Assembly: GCA_963713185.1 (NCBI GenBank)
Contig: CAVQKV010000004.1
Coordinates: forward strand, 163,810 to 227,809
Reading direction: 5' to 3'
Length of the DNA stretch: 64,000 bases
Source of the DNA: an uncultured Actinomycetes bacterium
GTDB taxonomy: Bacteria > Actinomycetota > UBA4738 > HRBIN12
Part shown: piece after piece, positions 57,765 to 64,000 of the stretch
Numbering within the stretch: the stretch's first letter is position 1
How the letters are laid out: each line of letters starts with the position of its first letter
Translations under genes and position numbers: made by a program
The notes under the pieces: model-generated
Database searches by the model: none
What the model saw: the letters and a program-made list of their open reading frames with translations, nothing else
Told to the model about the DNA's origin: nothing

Positions 57765-58091
57765 ATGGCCCGAACCCCGGAACAGATCTGGCAGCCGATC
57801 GCGGAGTGGCAGCTCGCGACGACGGGGGTGACAGGCGGCACCGGGTTCGGGACCAACGAGGGGCTGCGGGTGTCCGGCAAGATCTTCGCGATGCTCGTCC
57901 GTGGTGAGCTCGTCGTGAAGCTCCCGAAGGATCGCGTGGACGAGCTGGTGGACACGGGCGTCGCGAGCCGCTTCGACGCGGGGAAGGGGCGTCCCATGAA
58001 GGCATGGGCATCGGTGCCTGCCGGCGCATCCGGACGCTGGAGGATGCTGGTCGAGGAGGCTCGCACGTTCGTTCTCGGCAAGAACGGATAG
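57765..58091 (+). CDS. TfoX N-terminal-domain-like / MmcQ-YjbR-like small protein
   Basis: LRVSGKIFAMLVRGELVVKLPKDRVDELV...GKGRPMKAWASVP. The family call is moderate. Confidence 0.5.
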   Translation: MARTPEQIWQPIAEWQLATTGVTGGTGFGTNEGLRVSGKIFAMLVRGELVVKLPKDRVDELVDTGVASRFDAGKGRPMKAWASVPAGASGRWRMLVEEARTFVLGKNG

Positions 58092-58123
58092 GGTCGCGCG
58101 ACCCGAGCCAAGGAGGCGCGCCC

Positions 58124-58894
58124 ATGTGTCACGAGACGACCGCTCGACCGCCGCTCCCGCCGATCGCGGGAGGCGCCGGTGCCGCAAGCAGCGGGGAGCT
58201 GATCCTCGACGCCGCCGACGGCAACCGGCTGCGGGCGTTCGCCGCGACCGCGATCGACCCGGAGGCGCCCGGCGTCGTGATCCTCCCGGACGTCCGCGGG
58301 TTGCATCCGTTCTACGAGGAGCTCGCGGTCCGGTTCGCCGAGGTGGGGGTGCACGCGACCGCGATCGACTACTTCGGACGCACGGCGGGCATCGAGGAGC
58401 GCGACGCCGACTTCGACTTCAGGACCCACATCCAGCAGGTCACCACCGAGGGTGTCCGCGCCGACGCGGCCGCCGCGATCGCGCACGTGCGGTCGGAGGC
58501 CGGCGGGGCAGCGGAGCGGGTGTTCACCGTCGGGTTCTGCGCCGGTGGCCGGTTCTCGTTCAACCAGGCGGTGGACCAGGAGCTCGACGGCGTGATCGGG
58601 TTCTACGGCGGTCCGCAAGGCAAGGGGCCCGAGGACGACCGCGCGCCGATCCGGCTCGCGCCCCGCTACCGCTGCCGGGTGCTCGGCCTGTTCGGGGGCG
58701 CCGACCGGAACATCCCGGCCGAGGCGCTCGACGCCTTCCGGGTGGCGCTGACCGAGGCCGGCGTCCCGAACGAGATCGTGGTGTACGAGGGTGCGCCCCA
58801 CTCGTTCTTCGACCGGGCGTTCGAGGAATACCGGCAGGCGTGCGACGACGCGTGGCGGCGGGTCCTGGCGTTCGTCCGCGACCCGGGCGTCTAG
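58124..58894 (+). CDS. Dienelactone hydrolase family protein
   Basis: ATG 58124 follows AAGGAGG. GVVILPDVRGL, nucleophile GFCAGG, and the C-terminal YEGAPHSFFD. Confidence 0.82.
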   Translation: MCHETTARPPLPPIAGGAGAASSGELILDAADGNRLRAFAATAIDPEAPGVVILPDVRGLHPFYEELAVRFAEVGVHATAIDYFGRTAGIEERDADFDFRTHIQQVTTEGVRADAAAAIAHVRSEAGGAAERVFTVGFCAGGRFSFNQAVDQELDGVIGFYGGPQGKGPEDDRAPIRLAPRYRCRVLGLFGGADRNIPAEALDAFRVALTEAGVPNEIVVYEGAPHSFFDRAFEEYRQACDDAWRRVLAFVRDPGV

Positions 58895-59346
58895 CCGCGC
58901 GACAGGAGCCGCTCGATCTCGTCGAGGTGCTCGAGCCGGTGGTCCGCGCGATCGGGATTGACGAGCCACCCGAGGGCCTCGTTGCGCGCGTAGAGCTCGT
59001 CGGAGAGTCCGGCCACCGCCCGGTCGGCCGCCTCGGCCGCCTCGACCGTGACCCGCGCCGCCGCGCGAGGCTCGAGGGCCGAGATCAGCGGCTTGGTCGC
59101 GTCGTTGATCCAGTCCACCGCGTCGTCGTGGTAGGTGGGGATGGGGCCGTTCCCATCGGGTCCCCATGCGTCGAGGCACGCCACGATCCGCAGGTCCCAG
59201 AACGCCGTGTGCCCGAGCACGCTCGCCACCGTCCAGCCGGCCTCCATCGGATGCGTGAGCTCGTCGTCCGAAGCCGTGTCGACGAACGCTCGCAGCCGGT
59301 CGAGCGCCACCCGGTTCACCTCGACGTAGGATCGATCCACCGCCAC
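58891..59346 (-). CDS. DinB_2 / mycothiol-dependent-isomerase-N-like protein
   Basis: WTVASVLGHTAFWDLR....DHRLEHLDEI has His-rich four-helix-bundle features. Confidence 0.6.
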   Translation of the reverse strand: MAVDRSYVEVNRVALDRLRAFVDTASDDELTHPMEAGWTVASVLGHTAFWDLRIVACLDAWGPDGNGPIPTYHDDAVDWINDATKPLISALEPRAAARVTVEAAEAADRAVAGLSDELYARNEALGWLVNPDRADHRLEHLDEIERLLSRG

Positions 59347-59381
59347 GAGGCCCTCCTTCCCCTAGCCACGTCGGTCGAACC

Positions 59382-59837
59382 CTAGCCGAAGAGCCCGGCG
59401 ATCCCCTGGCCTCCGTCGATCAGCCACTGCACCGGCGCGTGCTCGACGACCTGACGCAACGCGACCGCGACGAGCGCGTTGAGCGAGCCGCGCCGTTCGG
59501 CGTCGTCGATCGACTCGAGGAGCCCGGCCCGGACCGCCCGCTCGATCGTCGCGTCGTCCCACGGGATCGGCTCGACGCCCGAGCCCGGTTCGAGGGATAG
59601 CACCAGTTCCTCGCGTGTGGTCCCCAGCTCGCACGCCGCCCCGTCCAGGCCGTCGAACACGATGCGCTGCAACGTCGCATCGAGGCCCTCGCCGGGGAAG
59701 GCGGGTCGAGGCTCGCACGGGTCGCGGACGGCGAGCGCGCCCGCCTCGGCGGCGCCGTTCGCGAGCTCGAGCGCGATGAGCCCGATCGCCCCCACGAAGA
59801 GCGCCACGAGCGCAGCGACCGCGATCCGGCGGTTCAT
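59382..59837 (-). CDS. Hypothetical membrane-anchored or exported protein
   Basis: 151 aa with an N-terminal hydrophobic segment (IAVAALVALFVGAIGLIAL). Its start overlaps the MFS gene's stop. Confidence 0.5.
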   Translation of the reverse strand: MNRRIAVAALVALFVGAIGLIALELANGAAEAGALAVRDPCEPRPAFPGEGLDATLQRIVFDGLDGAACELGTTREELVLSLEPGSGVEPIPWDDATIERAVRAGLLESIDDAERRGSLNALVAVALRQVVEHAPVQWLIDGGQGIAGLFG

Positions 59838-61188
59838 GTGACCAGCCGCTTCCGGAACGCGAGCACCGGGACGAGCGCGAGGGACGCGAGCAGCGCGCAG
59901 AACAGGAAGGACGGGCGGAAGCTGCGGGTGACAGCCCGCTCGATCGTCGCGACCAGGTCGTCGTGCACGACCTGCACCGCGGCATCGGTCGCGGCACCCG
60001 CCTCATCGAACGCCGCCGAGAAGTCCGGGATCTCGCCCTTCGGCACGCGGTCGAGCTCGTCCCGGATGTCGAGCGCGAGCGGGATCTTCGTCGCGGCCGG
60101 GATCGCGCCGTCGATGATGACGGCGGTCGCGTTCAGCATCGCGACGTCGGCGCCGGCCAGCAGATCGCCGGCGAGCAGCGGCGCCCCGATCGCGAGCGCG
60201 ACCACCAGACCCAGGTGTCGGACGCCGACGGTGAGCGTCGCCTTGCGTCCGATGCCTCCTTCGCCACCCAGCACCGAGTGCGTGAGGCCGGGCACCGACA
60301 GGCCGAGCCCGAACCCGCAGAGCGCGAACGAGGCGAGCGTGTACGCCAGTTCGCTCGACGGCAGGAGCGCGAGCCCGACCAGCCCGGCCGCGAGCAGCAG
60401 CGCGCCCGATGCGATCGCGAGCACCACCGGCAGCTGCGCCGCGAGGGGTCGCGCGAGCAGCGTGGTGGCCGGGATCACGCTCACCACCGCCGCCCCCTGG
60501 ATCGGGGCGTAGCCGAACACGTCGATCACCAGCAGGACGCCGAGGAACAGCGTCCCGACGAGCGCGCCGGACAGCAGGGCGAGCGCGACGTTGCCGGGGA
60601 CGGTTCGCCACAGCGGCGGCCGCCAGCCTTCCTCGAGGATCGCCGCGACGTGCGCCCCGAAGGTCGCGAGCAGCGCCGCGCCCGCCACGGGGGCCTGGAA
60701 CACGAAGATCGCCCGCCAGTCGAACACCTGCGTGAGGACGCCGCCGAGCGCCGGACCGACCGCCGCGCCGAAGGTCCCCGCGAGCGTCCAGACCGCGACC
60801 CCCCTGGCCGTCGAGCCGGCGAGGGCACCCAGCACCGGCAGGGAGCCGGCCAGCAGCAGCGCGCCGCCGAGCCCCTGGATGGACCTGCGCGGCGATCAGG
60901 AAGCCGATCGAGTCCGCGAGCGCGCACGCGACCGAGGCCCCGAGGAACACGATCGTTCCCGCGGCGAGCAGCACGTTCGCGCGCGCACGGTGCACGACGA
61001 GGACGAGCGCGAGGGCGCAGAGCGCCGAGCACGAGGTTGTACGACGTGATCACCCAGGCGACGCCCTCGATCGTGGTGTCGAACCGCGCGTACAGCTCGG
61101 GGAGCGCCAGGACGACGATCGAGGAGTCGGCGAACGCGACCGCGACCGCGACGGCGACGGCCGCGACGAGGAGCGAGCGGCGGTTCAC
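59834..61188 (-). pseudogene. MFS transporter split into three frames (apparent frameshifts near 61020 and 60879)
   Basis: The GTG 61188 start overlaps the upstream stop (GTGA). Frame 1: VNRRSLLVAAVAVAVAVAFADSSIVVLALPELYARFDTTIEGVAWVITSYNLV. Frame 2: LCALALVLVVHRARANVLLAAGTIVFLGASVACALADSIGFLIAAQ. Frame 3: IQGLGGALLLAGSLPVLGALAGS... to 59834. Confidence 0.75.
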
Positions 61189-62498
61189 GGCGTGGTCGTC
61201 ACGGTCAGCTCGTCGCCGCCCGAGATCGTCACCCGTCGGCCTTCGAACGGCCTTCCGTCGAGGGTCGCCCCGGCGCCCGACGGCGCGACGCGGACCGCCG
61301 TGAGACCGCTCGCGACCTGGACGTGGATCAGCCCGGGCTCGGGATACGGCTCGGGCCGCAGGCCGCCGTAGTAGTAGGCCAGGATGTCCGACGCGGAGAG
61401 ACCGCGCAGCGCCTTGCCGTAGGCGCCCCACTGCACCATGCCGACCCCGTGTCCCCACCCCCGTCCCATGGCGATCGCCGCGCCGCCGTCGGACGTGAGC
61501 GTCATCCACCTCGAGGGGAGCGAGACGGGCAACGGTGCCGGCGGGTACCTGCCCGGCTCGAGGCACGGCCCCCACGCGTTGACCGCGTCGCGGAACGTGG
61601 TGAGGTCCATCGAGCGCGACCCGCCGTCCCCGTGGACGACGACCGTGGAGCCGTCCAGGGCCGCGCTCGAGATCGCGCGATGCGGGGGCCACTCGCCGGC
61701 CTCGTGCAGGAACGTCGCGAGGTCGTCGTACGGCAGCCGAACGCGCCAGCGCGACGTCGGCGACGCGCCGTCGTCGCGCTCGGCCACCGGACGCAGGTAC
61801 GGCAGGGGGGCGCTGCCGAAGACCGCGTCGTTGCCGTACGTGTGACCGTTCGAGGTCGAGAAGTACACGGTGTCGGCCGGCCGGCGATCGTAGAGCAGGA
61901 CCTCGCCCGCGGTGCGCCGGACGGCCGCGAACCAGCGCCGCACCTCCGGGTCGAACGGGACCGGGATCCCCCGATAGACCTGGCACGACGTGGTGGCGCA
62001 GATCGGCGTCTCCAGCGTCTCGCCCCGCGCGCCGTCCCAGCCCGTCGTGGCGAGCGCGTAGCTGCGTGCCGCGATCGCCTGGGCCTCGAGCGCCGCCAGG
62101 GGCCAGGACGCCGGTACCTCGGCGATGCCCTTGAGGTAGTCCTCGAACGGGAGCGTCAGCGTCAGGTCCAGCGTCCCGTCGTCCGCGCGCCTCACCGAGA
62201 GCGTTCCCGGGTACCGGGCCGCGAGGCGGGGCCGCTCGTAGCGAACGCATCGCGATCGCACGCGCGGGTAGGTGCCGTGCACCAGGAGCGAGGTGCCGGC
62301 CGGGGACCGGATGACGGCGGATCGGGGCACCTCGGGGATCGCCGTTGCCGACGCGGACGTCGTCGGCGAGCGCGACCCGGGGACCGATGGGACCTCGCGC
62401 GTCGCCGGCGCGGGCGTCGAGGTGCATCCGCCGGCCGCGAGGAGCAGGGTGACCGCGACCACGTGGACCAACGGACGCGGGAGGGCGGGCGCCGACAC
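61185..62498 (-). CDS. SpoIID/LytB-domain lipoprotein (peptidoglycan amidase enhancer-like)
   Basis: Lipobox LLLAAGGC. YLKGIAEVPASWPLAALEAQAIAARSYA, TSCQVYRG, VYFSTSNGHT. Confidence 0.8.
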   Translation of the reverse strand: MSAPALPRPLVHVVAVTLLLAAGGCTSTPAPATREVPSVPGSRSPTTSASATAIPEVPRSAVIRSPAGTSLLVHGTYPRVRSRCVRYERPRLAARYPGTLSVRRADDGTLDLTLTLPFEDYLKGIAEVPASWPLAALEAQAIAARSYALATTGWDGARGETLETPICATTSCQVYRGIPVPFDPEVRRWFAAVRRTAGEVLLYDRRPADTVYFSTSNGHTYGNDAVFGSAPLPYLRPVAERDDGASPTSRWRVRLPYDDLATFLHEAGEWPPHRAISSAALDGSTVVVHGDGGSRSMDLTTFRDAVNAWGPCLEPGRYPPAPLPVSLPSRWMTLTSDGGAAIAMGRGWGHGVGMVQWGAYGKALRGLSASDILAYYYGGLRPEPYPEPGLIHVQVASGLTAVRVAPSGAGATLDGRPFEGRRVTISGGDELTVTTTP

Positions 62499-62559
62499 CC
62501 GGGCACGCTATCAGGTCGGTTCGGGAACCCGGCCGAGCTGCCGGCTTGCCGATCGGGGC

Positions 62560-63411
62560 GTGCAGGGGCGAGGATCGACCCATGAGGGAGCCCGCCCCCT
62601 GAGCGTCACCGAGGTACCCGAGCTCCGGATCGACCTCGCCCCCGCGGCCGAGGCGATCGAGCGCGCCGGACGGCGGGTGACCGAGCTGCTCACGCACGTC
62701 GAGGATCCGGACCGGCCGACGCGCGGCCTCGAGTGGACGCTCGGCGACCTCGCCGCCCACCTCGCGGCTCGGACGGAGCGGTTCGCCGCGTACCTGTCCG
62801 GGGTCGCCACCCCCGAGGGGGAGATCGCCGGCATCGCGGCCGAGAACCAACAGGACATCCGCGCGCGCCGCGAGCGCCCCTTGGGCGACCACATCGACGA
62901 GGTCCGTTCGAACGTCGCGAGCTTCGTCGCGACCACCCGGGGCAAGCTCGGGGCCGACCCGTTCCCTTGGTACTCGGGCGTCACGCTCGACGTCGCGACC
63001 GCCGCCGGGGTCCTGCTCGGCGAGCTGATCGTGCACGGCTACGATGCGGCCCGGACGCTCGGGCACCCGTGGCCGATCGCGGCGACCGACGCTCGGACGA
63101 TCGTCCGGGCCGCGGCGGCGCTCGCCCCCTGGTACGTCGACGAGGAGGCGACCCGCGGAGACCGGACGACCTTCCGCATCGCGGCCCGGGGCGGCCCGGT
63201 GTTCCGGGTCCGGATCGACGACGGCACCGCCTCGGTGGAACCCGCGGACGGCGACGCGGACTGCACGATCCACGCCGACCCCGTGGCGCTGGTGCTCCTG
63301 TCGTACGGGCGGATCACGAGGTGGCGGGCGGCCGGGAAGGGCAAGCTCGTCGCCACGGGCCGCCGCCCCTGGCGGGCGCTCCGGTTCGAGAGGTCGTTCC
63401 GGTCCCCCTGA
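62560..63411 (+). CDS. Maleylpyruvate-isomerase-family mycothiol-dependent enzyme with an SCP2-like C-terminal domain
   Basis: WTLGDLAAHLA and ELIVHGYD (MDMPI_N / DinB-like). C-terminal ADPVALVLLSYGRI...GKLVATGRRPW. The start is uncertain (GTG 62560 is proposed). Confidence 0.65.
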   Translation: MQGRGSTHEGARPLSVTEVPELRIDLAPAAEAIERAGRRVTELLTHVEDPDRPTRGLEWTLGDLAAHLAARTERFAAYLSGVATPEGEIAGIAAENQQDIRARRERPLGDHIDEVRSNVASFVATTRGKLGADPFPWYSGVTLDVATAAGVLLGELIVHGYDAARTLGHPWPIAATDARTIVRAAAALAPWYVDEEATRGDRTTFRIAARGGPVFRVRIDDGTASVEPADGDADCTIHADPVALVLLSYGRITRWRAAGKGKLVATGRRPWRALRFERSFRSP

Positions 63412-63443
63412 GCGTCGGAGAACGACCCGACTAGACTTCCCAC

Positions 63444-64000
63444 GTGGACGAGCCGCAGATCGTGGTCACCAAGGACGGGCCCTACCGGATCGAGGGCGCC
63501 GTCCCGCTCCTGCGCACGGCGATCGTGCAGACGGAGCGGGGCGAGCCGATCGCCTGGGACGAAGGCCCCACGTTCGAGACGCCCGGCGAGGTCTACGAGC
63601 TCTGCCGCTGCGGCAACTCGTCGAACAAGCCGTTCTGCGACAGCACGCACGAACGGATCCCGTTCGACGGCACGGAGACCGCGGACCGTGGACCGATCGC
63701 CGCGCGCCGGGAGGCGTGGGAGGGCGAGGAGAACCACGTCCTGTACGACGACCTGTCCCTGTGCACGCACGCTGGCTTCTGCCGCAACGTCCGGACCGGG
63801 GTTTGGGAGATGGTCGAGGAGGCGGACGATCCGGAGGTCCGGGGCGAGTTCACGGCGATGGTGAACCGGTGTCCCTCGGGCCGGCTGGCGTACGCGATCC
63901 TGCCCGACCCCGAGCCGATCGAGCCGACGTTCGAGCCCTCGGTGGGGGTCGAGCCGAACGCGTCGTACTGGGTGCGCGGCGGGATCCCCGTGGTATCGGA
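63444..64000 (+). CDS. CDGSH iron-sulfur domain protein (partial, runs off the window)
   Basis: GTG 63444. DGPYRIEG...ELCRCGNSSNKPFCDSTH is the CDGSH-type motif. The frame is still open at nt 64000. Confidence 0.7.
   Translation, partial: MDEPQIVVTKDGPYRIEGAVPLLRTAIVQTERGEPIAWDEGPTFETPGEVYELCRCGNSSNKPFCDSTHERIPFDGTETADRGPIAARREAWEGEENHVLYDDLSLCTHAGFCRNVRTGVWEMVEEADDPEVRGEFTAMVNRCPSGRLAYAILPDPEPIEPTFEPSVGVEPNASYWVRGGIPVVS

Overview
This is a high-GC (about 70%) chromosomal segment. It looks actinobacterial on three grounds: a mycothiol-dependent MDMPI-family enzyme, a PPOX/F420-type oxidase, and the comF-hpf-secA and prfB-ftsE-ftsX-smpB-ssrA syntenies.

Layout:
- 0-8 kb and 17.6-25.8 kb: housekeeping backbone. 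It holds punA, ahcY, comF, hpf, an orphan LuxR-type response regulator, secA, prfB with the classical programmed +1 frameshift, ftsEX, smpB and tmRNA.
- 8-17.6 kb: signalling cluster. It has two small membrane proteins, a class III cyclase-STAND ATPase-TPR protein, two divergent Ser/Thr kinases (one with a beta-propeller ectodomain) and two orphan family-5 solute-binding lipoproteins.
- 18.9-23.3 kb: a FecR-PKD surface protein with a 24-bp (DGDHEGDD)n repeat tail, convergent with a YfhO-family membrane protein.
- 25.9-36.6 kb: a minus-strand metabolic operon (FucI-like, AcnX small and large subunits, aminotransferase, NPP phosphodiesterase, GcvT-like), divergent from two tandem CrtI-like oxidoreductases.
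- 36.6-64 kb: accessory genes, including two PLP-decarboxylase/acetyltransferase modules.

Main anomalies read by eye:
1. A GC-rich repeat sits in eight consecutive intergenic regions (51.66-57.18 kb), so each repeat-bounded unit holds exactly one small stress or detox-type gene. No recombinase is present in the window.
2. Many conserved genes are split by apparent frameshifts. An extreme cluster of about 15 or more indels lies in a PhoX/DUF839-like gene and its neighbour (46.9-49.3 kb). This is either assembly indel error or gene decay.
3. A structured comF-hpf intergenic region fits the position of the raiA-motif RNA, and is followed by a perfect 13-nt x3 repeat carrying the hpf RBS.

No CRISPR array, rRNA, tRNA, transposase or integrase was recognised. 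All similarity calls are from memory of family motifs; no searches were run.
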